Positions 51,740 through 62,376 of a stretch of 62,376 nt of DNA are shown here, piece after piece. How positions within the stretch are numbered: position 1 is the stretch's first letter; the number at the start of each line of letters is the position of its first letter. Position numbers and translations under genes: made by a program. Below the pieces are notes generated by a model. It was given only the letters and a program-made list of their open reading frames with translations. It was not told where the DNA came from and searched no databases. Source of the DNA: Catajapyx aquilonaris (lineage: Eukaryota); NCBI GenBank assembly GCA_000934665.2, contig JYFJ02002147.1, forward strand, positions 1 to 62,376, in the 5' to 3' direction.

Positions 51740-53284
51740 AATTTTTATTATTATTCCTAACCCAATATTTTGCAATATTTCAAACTGATGGTGGTGTGCC
51801 ACCCCCCAAAGAGGCCCTTGATGCCTAGCACGGGGGGAAATTATAAAATATATATATTTTGCCATATTTCGTCCATACTAGTCGGCAACAAGTTTGTCAC
51901 TTGTTGCATCAGCCGAACCCCAACTCTGAAATTGGTTATACCACCAGGAGTCTGGCACGTGTTGGAAACAACCAGCCCTGCTGGAAAGAAGTAATTAAGG
52001 CGGACGTTAAGGGTCAAGGCGGTGTCGCGATCCCTTCCGACCTTTTAGGTTGTAGATACAAACAATTCCCCCTCAGCCCCTCGATAAGTCGCACGCAAAT
52101 TGCCACAAGTTGTCTTACAATGAAACCCTTATAGCTCAAGGGACTAATTTGTGGCTTTGGAGGGTGAGATTTAATTAATAGAGACCGGAACACTTCTCCA
52201 GAGAGGCTCGCCTTAACGAGGTCATCTGGACCGGAGTTGTATTTCTTTCCTCGAAAAACTAAGGGGGGAGACTCACAGCCTGGGAGAGCAAATAAACACG
52301 TTTAGAAAGGGGGAAAATATTTGGATGCCAATGGGACGTGAAATATATGTGTTGAGAAATTTGAGGCACGTATTGCTTGACGTGTGCTATGATCTGGTGC
52401 TATTTATGTAGCTGATAGGGCAGGAGTTGACATTCAGTGAGATACAAAGGTTTTCGTTCATTAGGATAAATAGGATATTTGAAGGCGCCAAAACAAGGAT
52501 GTTTTGGAGGTGGAAGGGGTTTACTGTGTGTTTTTTTTTTTTTGGTCTCGATATCAAAAACTGTTTCATTAGGACACCCTAATGATGAAGGCTTTTTAAA
52601 TACAGAGGATGGAAAGTAGTAAGGAACATAGATTAATCTATGGTAAGGAAGTGAAAAGTGTATACTGTAAATAGAGGCTGCAGCACGTGGAGGATCACAA
52701 TTTTTTGTCAAGCACACAGGCCTATTACTAATCACATCAAGGATCACATGCATATGATGAGATCTGATTGCAAAACTCTGTGTCACTATTGGCTGATTTT
52801 GAAATTTGAGTGTGGGACGCTTTAAGATTGAATAATTAACCTTTATGGGATGAACGTTATTTTTTAAATGTTTTTTCTATTAAAATCGGACTTTGCTGGG
52901 TCATTCCATCTCAAAAAGTTGTGGCTCGACCCCTTCCGGTGTAGGCCTAACTGAAAAAAATCAGGTAGGTAGGGATCCACACCTTATTACGAAATCCTAA
53001 ATTTGAGGCCGCTGGAGTCAAATCTCACGGAGATATAACAATGGAAAGTTCAATAACGACGTCCATATAAAGTATTTAACTGTTCAGACTATTCTCCCAA
53101 CACCAACATGTTATTATATATCAAATGAAAGGTAATGCAGAGAGGCATAACATGGTTGCAAAATATTCGATCTAATCCGAAAAACGACATTGAAAAAAAT
53201 TCGCAAATAATACTGTACAGTATGTGTAATAAATTACCCTATATTTCCGGTAGTCGTAACTCATAACATTATGATTTTAACAAC

Positions 53285-54876
53285 GTGATATTTAGGATAT
53301 AGGGGAATCACCGTTGCCTAAATGCACGTGCAATACTTCATAGTGATAGGTCACGCAGGGTTGGAAGTAGAAAATCCCTAACATATGAATCACCGCATTT
53401 CGCCGATTTTCGAGCTCAAATTTCTCGAGGTGGGGCTGGACCAATTATGAGTTTTGGTATGTCAATAGATTACTTGGATCATCCCCTATTCAGAAATGCA
53501 GAAACCATTCTTTACGCATGGGCGATAATTTATCGGCGAATTTTCAAACGTATGGGTGCATAAGGCGGTGCACTGAATCATTGCCATCGTATAAACATAG
53601 GAAATGTCATATGCAGTCTCTGACAAATGTACATGTTACTTTTTCAAAAATTCACACATTTTGTAATCATTACTCACATATGTGACAGTGTTTCAAAAGT
53701 GTGAGAAATTGCAATCGACTTACCATGGAATCACTGGAGTTTGTTTCAGTTCATGATCCATTGTGAAACATAGATTACTTCCCTTCTTTGGCTGAAGGAA
53801 ATGTTTCATAATTGCTGTTGTCAGAGATTTCATAAACCTGCACAGCATTGTCATTTAGAGGGACATAACTGATGCAATTGCCGTGTGGATGGGATGGACA
53901 GTGCTTTCTCAAACCAGTCTAATGGAGGCCTAATTTTCTCCAGCCCAGTAAGCGGGGCACCAGAATAAATTATAAAACTACGTAAGTTATAAAACATTTC
54001 CTTCAGCCAAAGAAGGGAAGTAATCTATATATTTTTTTCTTCAATACCCCTTGCTCAGTACATTACGTCCTGCTTCGGGGGGTGGCATACCACCATCAGT
54101 TTTCTGTATATATTTTCCACTTCATTCACCGGTGCAAGGAAACAAGGACAATGGGAAAGGATAGGGATTTTTGGGGAGGGAACATGGGTGCAAGGTGCAA
54201 TGTCGTAGCTATGGGTCATGTGCTGTTCCCCAGGAGGTTAGGTTGCCAGACACCTCCTTGGTGCAGGTCAGAGACCCTCCTGACGCAGGTGAAAGGAAAG
54301 TTCCCCAGGCGGGGATCGAACCTGGGGCCTTTCACTCAGCAAGCCGTGACGTTACCATCACGGCCACCACACCAGAAGGGAAGTAATCTATGTTACACAT
54401 ATCATGAACTGAAGCAAACTGCAGTGATTCAATGGTAAGTGGATTTCTCACACTTTTGAAACACTGTCACATACGGTATGCGAGTAATGATTACAATATG
54501 TGTGAAAAGTTTTTGAAAAAGTAACATGTGCATTTGTCAGAGGCTGCATATGACATTTCCTATGTTTATACGATGGCAATAATTCAGTGCACCGCCTTAT
54601 GCACCCATATACGTTTGGAAATTCTCCGATCAATTATCGCTCACGGGTAAAGAATGGTTTATGCATTTCTGAATAGGGGTTGAACCAAGAAGTCGATTGA
54701 CATACGAAAAGTCAAAATCGGTCCAGTCCTACCTCGAGAAATAGAGCTCGAAAATCGGCAAAATGCTGCTATTAATATTTTCGGGATTTTTTATTTCCAA
54801 CCCTGCGTGACCTATCACAATGAAGTATTGCGTGTGCATTTAGGCAAATGTGATTGCCCTATATCCTAAATATCAC
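53285..54876. mobile_element. Large foldback element (arms over 500 bp) interrupted by a SINE
   Basis: 53285 to about 53810 is the imperfect reverse complement of about 53987-54028 plus 54392-54876. Ends are GTGATATTTAGGATATAGGG / CCCTATATCCTAAATATCAC. Confidence 0.9.
54029..54373 (-). mobile_element. Full-length tRNA-derived SINE with 18-bp target-site duplication
   Basis: Minus-strand head GGTGTGGTGGCCGTGATGG...GGTTCGATCCCC and an A-rich tail. Flanked by the direct repeat AGAAGGGAAGTAATCTAT (54011-54028 and 54374-54391). Confidence 0.92.
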
Positions 54877-54969
54877 CATATTACATAATACCTAACTCAA
54901 TTCCTACCACTGAAAATGCCGGTGATTCAGAAGTTGAACAGGATTGCCGTATCGCATATCCTGTTCGTC

Positions 54970-55050
54970 GCGAGGTGAGAATTACCAAGTTAGTTGTAAC
55001 TACATAGGATTTTCATTGTTACAGATACAACCTTGTAATTCTCACCCCGC
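54970..55050. repeat. Short hairpin / MITE remnant
   Basis: GCGAGGTGAGAATTAC pairs with GTAATTCTCACCCCGC. Confidence 0.6.
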
Positions 55051-57667
55051 GTCGTGGAAATAACATTGCACAACTAATAAATTTTCATGTTAATTACACC
55101 TTTCATGTGAAGTAATATGATATATGTTACTACAAATAGACAACGTAATTCAATCATGCTGACAATATATTTATACCTTGCAATAAATATTCATCGTGCA
55201 CCTGAGTTTACTCACGCAAAGTAGCCTACACGAATTTTGTTGCAAGTCAAGTAATTGGTGCCCGATAAGTGTGCGAACGGCCTTGCTGCATTTCTTGGCT
55301 TGCTGAATTTGCACGTGTCTGAAGGGCGGGAAATAACTGTCTGCATTATGCATAGAATGTAATCGACCTTTTGTTTTGGTAGAAAAAAATAGCAAATCTG
55401 TGTACGAATATTTGTTAACATGTGCTACTTACATATAAAGTAAGTTGATGTCGGAATTTAAATGTAATTATTATGCACAATTGCTAAAGGGCGGAATTCT
55501 TAGACGCTTGTTTATTTAACATTAATGCCCCACTTGAAATCGTGTGAGGTAATAATTTAAGCGTACCGGTAGGCTATATCTAACTCAGTACAGTAGGCCT
55601 ACTATTATATCAAACAGGCAGTGTTTAGCCTACAATAATTATTACGTAAATCTATAAATCGGAGGGTGGAGTTTCTGCTACATAACGTTTCTGAATTAGG
55701 CAATTTATATAATTATTAAACTGATCACGTGTCGGGAAACCGCCCATTAACTGTTACTAGGTAATCTTAAATAGGAAATAATTTTAAAAGTTAACGTCAT
55801 TTGTTGTATCGCCATAGGCCCTACATATGTGCATTACAATGGAAAAATAAGACATTGAAGGTATGCCATTATTGTTGTTGTTGTTCCACCCTTTTTAGTA
55901 CGAAACATTATTGGGCTAAACATTTGGAGAGAAAGTGTAATTAATATAATTTATATTTAATATCTATTTGAGGGTGAACGCCTGGAAGCACATGAAAGCG
56001 ATTACAGGTAGTCTGAAAAGTGAAAGTGGTCTGTCTGGCGGGGTGAATGCACTGGCTGCAGTATGATCCTCTTCCAGTTCCTACTATGGCTGATAGATGG
56101 AAGTTCGTTATTGCAATGGATTCCCACTGATTGTGACCCCAGCGCCAACGCGGACACTTTCAAGATTGCTTTCTAGTAGTAATCAGGGGCGGGAAATATC
56201 GAATGCATAGACTGCATAGTTCATTCGGTCCGAAAAATGTCTCCTAGAGGCCTTAAGTTCTCTATATTAATTGTAGGTAACAGATACTAACTTGTACCAC
56301 ATAAGGCCAGGCCCAGAACAAAGCCATTTTTCTGTTCAGACTAACATATTACCAGGTATGAACATTATTAGGAAATTATTAGGATTATTAGGATTCTTAT
56401 TATTATATTAGGAGTGCAGGTGAGTTTTGAACGTACTGTACAGTAGACCCTACAATTGAACAAAGGAGAAATAATAACGGGATCATTACATGGTATGTGC
56501 ATGACCAATATCTGGTTCATGTGGATGGCACTCAAAATGCTTTATGTTTTGGCTTATAATTCAGTTAATTATACTCTTCCATTTAGTCGAATCAGAGCAC
56601 CATCCGCTCCCTGCAAGACAATACACGTCCGCATGTCTCTGCCCACAGGATGGTGACGATGCAAAAGTTGAAATGGGTTTTCGCCCCCACCCCCATACAG
56701 TCCTGATCTCGCCCTATAGGATTTGCATCTCTTTGGACCTTTGAACGCTTTTTTGGGGGAGATTCTCAAGTAATGAATATGCCAGCGAAATGGTTCCCGA
56801 GTCTCCAGCCTAACTGCATTTTTTTACGCGAATTACAGAAGCTACCAGAACGATGGAGATGGTCCATTGCAAAGGAGAGGCCGACTGGGATCAATGATGA
56901 TATGACCAACATAGTTGAGTTTATCTCTTTTGCTTTTGTAATTAGCAAATTCCGGTTCGTATTTGAACACTCCTAGTACATAACGCTATTATAGATTAGT
57001 GCACACAATCTCGTTGCTAAAATCCAGAAAAGCAGTTTAATTTTAAGTTAACAATAATATATTTTAAATGAAACTAATGGAAATGCCATGAATGTGGATG
57101 AATGCATAGGCCTACCTTCCATCATACCCGATTTTAGATTATAATGTTGTAGGTGGTGTAGTCTAATTTTTAATGCCACAAACTGTAATGAATTTCCGAG
57201 ATAAGACATTTCGAATGACTTACTTTAACCCATTGACGCACGAGGTTATTTCCTGAACCCATTAAAAAAAATGTTAGACCAACAAAAATGGCAAATTTAT
57301 TCCACGTGATATTATGGCAACTAATGTTTTGATAGCCCCTAAAAGTAAGTGTTTGAATATAACTGATTAATAATAATAAGCAGATTAGTGAGACATACTG
57401 TATGCTTTTAGGATGCCATCAAAATATTACCTGTTGTAATGTTAAATGGAATTGACTTATTTTTTGTTGGTCTATCCTGAAATTATCAGCTAATGGCATC
57501 ATGTGCAAACGGGTCGAAATTGGCTACTTTAAATACGGTATTTTAATCTCGCAGATTCCTTGCAATTTGTAGCCTAAAAAGTGAGAGGTGACCACCTTTA
57601 ATATGAGAATCTAACATTGTCAGTAGGTACTAAGATAACTAACTGATCGAGAGCTGCTAAACAAATT

Positions 57668-57703
57668 AATGTTAGTCTCAAATTATAATTTGAGACTAAC
57701 ATT
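57668..57703. repeat. Perfect 36-bp palindrome
   Basis: AATGTTAGTCTCAAATTA|TAATTTGAGACTAACATT. Confidence 0.93.
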
Positions 57704-58511
57704 TGTTTTATTATAGGCACTCCTGCCGTTTCCCGTCCTCTCTCGCATTTTTAAACCCGTGGAAATGGGCACACATTTTGTGACTTGTAACTTTCAAGCC
57801 ATCATCGGCCTGCCATGTCTTGGAACTGAATGATGATGATTAGCCTGCATGGGCATATCAATCGCAATGAGAAATTAATACCAGTTTATCTTTCTCATGC
57901 CATTGGATTCAAATTTTTATGTGAATATGTCGAGGAATAAGCGCATGTAAAAAAATCCTGCGTATTTTCCTCTGATCGAGAACTCGGTCATTCTTTTTGG
58001 TATTGTACAAATTGCGTGCAGTATAGCAACCTTATCATTGAAATTCTAGGATGACATGTTTTAGTTGCAACCGCCCGATATAATCGTATCACTTTACAAA
58101 TTCTATGATAATAAAATATAGTGAAACCAATACACTGAATGCGTTTTTTAACGTAAGAAATCTGATCCCTGTATATTAGCGGGAGATAATCAGGCCTTCA
58201 AAACGACAATGGTGACATGTAGGTCAAGAAACATTTCCAGCATTCCAGTACCAGCACTCTCTAAGGAGGACAAAAACAACCGAAACAATGGTCCTGATTT
58301 AATATAGCCCTCCTTACGGACAATGAGGTAACGCATTGTTAGGCCTAGCCAATGAGACGTGGCCAAGTGAGGACAACACGAGAGGTGGAGCTAGACACAC
58401 CTTTCTTTCTCACTTGAAACACGACAGTGCCCGACACTTCATAATCATCCAGTACCTGTGACTTAGTGAGTCGATCGGCTCAACACCTGCCGTACCGTCG
58501 AAGAAGAAAAC

Positions 58512-58706
58512 ATGGGATTGGTAAAGCAATCGGCGGTCATCCTGGCCTTATTGGGCGTCATCTTCATTGGAGCTGGGGTGGTGATCGAGTCCGAGTCTTC
58601 CCTTCATCACATGCAAGATGAAAAGAAATGGGGAGTGGGTTTCGTCCTCCTCGGTGGAGTTTTGGTCTTCATTGCAGCGATTGCCTTGAAACTCTCCTAC
58701 CTAATG
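58512..58706 (+). CDS. Small predicted membrane protein, exon 1 (two hydrophobic segments)
   Basis: AAACATGG start. 65 codons with two long hydrophobic stretches (SAVILALLGVIFIGAGVVI and WGVGFVLLGGVLVFIAAIAL). Consensus donor ATG|GTAAGT, phase 0. CCAAT motif at about 58349. Confidence 0.65.
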
Positions 58707-58824
58707 GTAAGTCTTTAGCCAACGGTGATTGTTACATACCGGGGGGTGTCCTGCGAGAGTGAATGTCACGTGTGGGTGTCCAATCTGACCGGGAAGTGAT
58801 TGATTGTTTTTGTCTTTGTGACAG

Positions 58825-58962
58825 GAGGGTGGTGGAGTCATAGCCGTATCTTTACTCAACGTAGTTGGACCGATGGTCATCCGAGATATGGACTGCAACA
58901 ATGTGGGCATTCCCTTGATGGACGCTGAGAATTCCGTTTTGGAACATCGCATATTGGACTGA
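58825..58962 (+). CDS. Small predicted membrane protein, exon 2 (terminal)
   Basis: 118-nt intron ending TGTTTTTGTCTTTGTGACAG. Phase-0 continuation EGGGVIAVSLLNVVGPMVIRDMDCNNVGIPLMDAENSVLEHRILD*, for a total of 110 aa. Confidence 0.55.
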   Translation, partial: EGGGVIAVSLLNVVGPMVIRDMDCNNVGIPLMDAENSVLEHRILD

Positions 58963-59385
58963 ACAACCCATGCAGCCGACCAAAATGAGGGCAAAGCGGG
59001 CCACTGTAGTGATAGAACATTCAATATGATGCTTGATGATTGTGGGTGTAATAGTCTGGGGCACGGTCTTAGAAGGATAGGTCGGGAAACTCCCCGCCAT
59101 CTTGCGATCCGTTACTCAATCCCGCCGTGGCGCTGACTGGAGGTCGCCATGATGTGAACTGGATCGTGTACATCTCCATATTGCGGCCATCTTGGTATAC
59201 GCTATTGGTAGCACGAGTTGTACCGACAGGGTCGCTAGTTTGTTATGGCGAATGAACGACACGCACAGCGAGATTCCATTGTTTTTACTAGCGCCGCTGC
59301 GGGAAGGAATAACGGATCAGCCTTTTCTATTGCGCTGGGATAGAAGTGTCTAGGGGCTGGTCTGGGGATTAAAGGAATGCGCTAC

Positions 59386-59588
59386 TATAGTCAACGCCAA
59401 ATAAGAACGCATACCGACTGCGCAACCCGGAGTGCGCTGGATACAGTCCGGGAAATCGAATGGGTTTTTAATGAAACACCCCCTCTTGTTTGTGATCCTT
59501 ATTTCCAAAGCCATTCGATTTCCCGGACTGTATCCAGAGCACTCCGGGTTGCGCAGTCGGTATGCGTTCTTATTTGGCGTTGACTATA
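59386..59588. mobile_element. Young MITE with 78-bp arms and one mismatch
   Basis: TATAGTCAACGCCAAATAAGAACGC...CGAATGG and its reverse complement, separated by a 47-bp loop. TA at both ends. Confidence 0.92.
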
Positions 59589-60132
59589 CACTAATTTTAT
59601 GGCAATGTAGGGGTACCGGGTGAAGTGGGTACAACACGATGCAAGAGAGTGGTGAAGTGCGATACGGTACCTGGTATCCCTGAGATTTATCATGTATATA
59701 CAAGTACATCATAAAAAGGGGCTATAGTCTACGTGTGCAAACCACTGACTATAAGATTTTGATAGGACCAAGAATTTATTCCAAAAAATGTATTCCTGGA
59801 AAAAGTTCAATAAACTCGTGTATTTGAACTTTGAGTGTAATTATTGACATACCTTTAATGAGTGATTATTTAAAAGAAACGATGCATTTCTCTCCTGCTC
59901 CTGATGTATTGACCTCGACCAAATCGAAGTTTTTGTGTCAAAACTTTGGCAACATTTTAAAATGAGACTCCCATACTTTACTCAAGTACCGTACTATATG
60001 CATTACGACTGAGATCTTTATCTAGTCTACTGGTACTGTCACAATGTGTGGCCATATCAGCTGTTGCGTATGACATTCCATGACCTTAAATGGGTTAGGC
60101 ATCGCGGGAGAAGGCATTATTTTTTCGCGGAG

Positions 60133-60240
60133 CGGGTCATTTCACCGACACCCACCTGGCCGACAGGCCATTTCACCGACAAGGAGGTTCCCCGACAGGG
60201 CGTTTCACCGACAGTAATTTGATCGACAAATTTACCCACA
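60133..60240 (+). repeat. Degenerate tandem of CCGACA-containing units of about 15 bp
   Basis: TTTCACCGACA three times, alternating with GCCGACA, CCCGACA and ATCGACA. Resembles the subterminal repeats of a DNA transposon. Confidence 0.65.
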
Positions 60241-60242
60241 CA

Positions 60243-60541
60243 ATTCCGATATGAAAACCATCCAGTCACTGGAGAGACGGGGTCCAGATCACACCTCATT
60301 TTCACGTTTCCCACGAGAATATCTTTTAGCGAATCAGTTCGTCACCTACAGCTTCCCCGGTAAGCAGTTGTTGTCCGGAGGTATTTCATTCATGCAATGC
60401 AATTGGAAATGTATATTCCGTTTATATTTTATAGAAATGGGAGACATCTGTCAGGTGGTTCCTTCCATAAGGGGCGCTGCGAAAATGAGGTGTGATCTGG
60501 ACCCCGTCTCTCCAGTGACTGGATGGTTTTCATATGGGAAT
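60243..60541. mobile_element. MITE with near-perfect TIRs of about 60 bp
   Basis: ATATGAAAACCATCCAGTCACTGGAGAGACGGGGTCCAGATCACACCTCATTTTC, with its exact reverse complement at 60481-60535. Confidence 0.9.
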
Positions 60542-61119
60542 GGGGAAGTAGCCTTGGTCTGGGATTTGGAATTTTTGTTCATAACTAGCTAGCCCATGCC
60601 TGTAAACATACATTCCATCACTCTGTTGCATCAAAATGACATTACTGGATAAATTACGGCACATTTAAAAGTGCCTTCAAAATTGGCGGGAAAAACGGGG
60701 CGGCCGGGTGGTGCCAATCGAAAGGGTACACTGAAATGCCTGGTTGACTGCGAGATATGAGGAATTTGCGAGGGAATTTGACTTTGAATTAACCGCGGAC
60801 ACGACGGAAAGCATTCGCAAGCCGGCTGTAGGCCATCGAGGTGGAGAAATGTGCCGAATTCGGGTGACAGATAATTCCTACCAGTTGGCACCACTGTCAG
60901 CCCAGAAGCGACTTGAGCGGCCTGGAATAAATACGCGCCCCGGCCGCTATCTTGCTCACGGAATGGGACGGTTGCTAACAGCCCACGGACACTTACCCCT
61001 ATCTTCTGGGCTTATCACCTGCCGAGGGATTACGCACCGGGTGCTCCCTTGACACCGCCACGAGACATTTCCCAGAGCAATCATGTGGCGACCCTACCGG
61101 ACTAAGGCTGAACTTTATA

Positions 61120-61556
61120 CCCTTACGGAAATTTTAAGGTTGTAGTGAGGTTGTATGCAGGTTGCAAGACCAGGTCGTATGGAGGTTGGAAATAGGTTGT
61201 TTTCGCGAGGTTGCAGGAGGTTGTTTTGTTTCACAGACAACTACAACAGGTTGCAGCCAGCAACCTCATTCAGAGGTTGTTCTTTACAACCTTGGGTTGT
61301 AATATGTAACTTGTGGTTGTTTTAGGAGCTTGCAATGAGGTTTCATATTGCAACCTCATATGTTGCATATTACAACTATAGGTTGTAATTTCCGACATTA
61401 TTCAGAGGTTGTTCTGTACAACTTTGGGTTGTAAAATGTAACTTGTGGTTGTTTTAGGAGCTTGCAATGAGGTTGCATATTGCAACCCCATATGTTGCAG
61501 ATTGCGACTATAGGTTGTAATTTCCACCATTATTCAGAGGTTGTTCTGTACAACCA
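61120..61556. repeat. GGTTG/CAACC-rich region with a 132-bp tandem unit (about 2.2 copies)
   Basis: ATTCAGAGGTTGTTCT recurs at 61268, 61400 and 61532. Dense GGTTG(T/C) motifs from about 61138. Probably the subterminal region of a DNA transposon. Confidence 0.85.
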
Positions 61557-61559
61557 GTA

Positions 61560-61696
61560 CAATTATTTGTCTCATGTACTATCGGCACGGAAATGGTACG
61601 GACTCTTGTCAATAGTCCAAACCAGTCAGCTTATCCCTGAGTGTCCGTACCATTTCCGTGCCGATAGTACATCGATGTTCATGGGACAAATAATTG
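61560..61696. mobile_element. Small MITE (TACTAT ends) inside a second inverted repeat
   Basis: Perfect 30-bp arms ATGTACTATCGGCACGGAAATGGTACGGAC (61574-61672), inside CAATTATTTGTCTCATG / CATGGGACAAATAATTG. Confidence 0.85.
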
Positions 61697-62376
61697 CCTT
61701 CAATTGTGCACCTCCACTATACAGTAAATTGCACTCACCATATGTCGTAGACAAAACACTTTCTTCCTCACAATGTACACTGAAAATGATCCAAAGAATG
61801 AACAATAAAATCAAACTACGCCATTTTTTTCCATTCCGTTTAATGCAGCATTGGCTACATATGTATGATTAGTACATTCTAGCTGTCTGGTGGCCCTCTC
61901 TCTTGCATGGCGTAGCCACTGTTTCACTTCATGAGCAATCTCTGCATGGGTTGGCTTGTGTTATATCTGAAAAAAATTAAAGACGTGCAGTATTTTAAAA
62001 TATGTCACCGTTGCCAACTTGCCATGCATATATGCAGTTGAGTCAAAATCATGGCATATATTTCTTACTCAAGTGTACGAGCAGCACAGACACCGACAAA
62101 TATCATTTTGAAGTACATGACTGTTAATGATGTACTCATATTTTGAGGAGTGATGGAGTGACTAGAAAGGACCATTTCTTGCAAATACACTTGGTGCCTC
62201 AGATGCGTCGTTAAGTCAGAAAACGAGTACGCATCTCAAGAATGTTGTCATAGGAATGATGGTTTTTTAGAGCGCTATAGTGAGCTCAGGACTCAACGGT
62301 TGTGTGGAAAAAGCCGCAATTGGACATGATTTTTCACCTAATAAGGTTTACCTGCCCCTGCAAACAAGTGCCCGAG

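Noticed and set aside
11402..55650. Vrille/PAR-bZIP TTAYGTAA sites
   Set aside because: The handful seen is near chance expectation for AT-rich DNA.
57225..57520. Degenerate TTAACCC-started inverted repeat
   Set aside because: Only about 14-bp patches pair convincingly, and the boundaries are uncertain.

Overview
Animal genomic DNA, roughly 60% AT and intron-rich. It is probably from an arthropod, which is an inference from the Doublesex-type DM domain. The main gene is a minus-strand doublesex/DMRT gene. Coding exon A (36521-36003) carries the zinc-binding DM domain and is joined in frame across a 15.4-kb GT-AG intron to exon B (20607-20127), rebuilding the Dsx signature ALRRAQ|AQDEAR. A GC-rich candidate non-coding first exon/promoter lies at about 39.0-39.7 kb. 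I could not find an exon for the Dsx dimerisation (OD2) domain, although several phase-compatible candidate terminal exons lie downstream. The window also has an intact tRNA-Leu(AAG) and a two-exon gene for a predicted 110-aa membrane protein I do not recognise (58512-58962). Repeats include tRNA-derived SINEs, a triple tandem tRNA-like array just inside a dsx intron, many non-autonomous foldback/MITE elements (some nested), perfect palindromes and microsatellites. The most striking unexplained signal is a strong local excess of CACGTG E-boxes across the dsx locus. All counts were made by eye.
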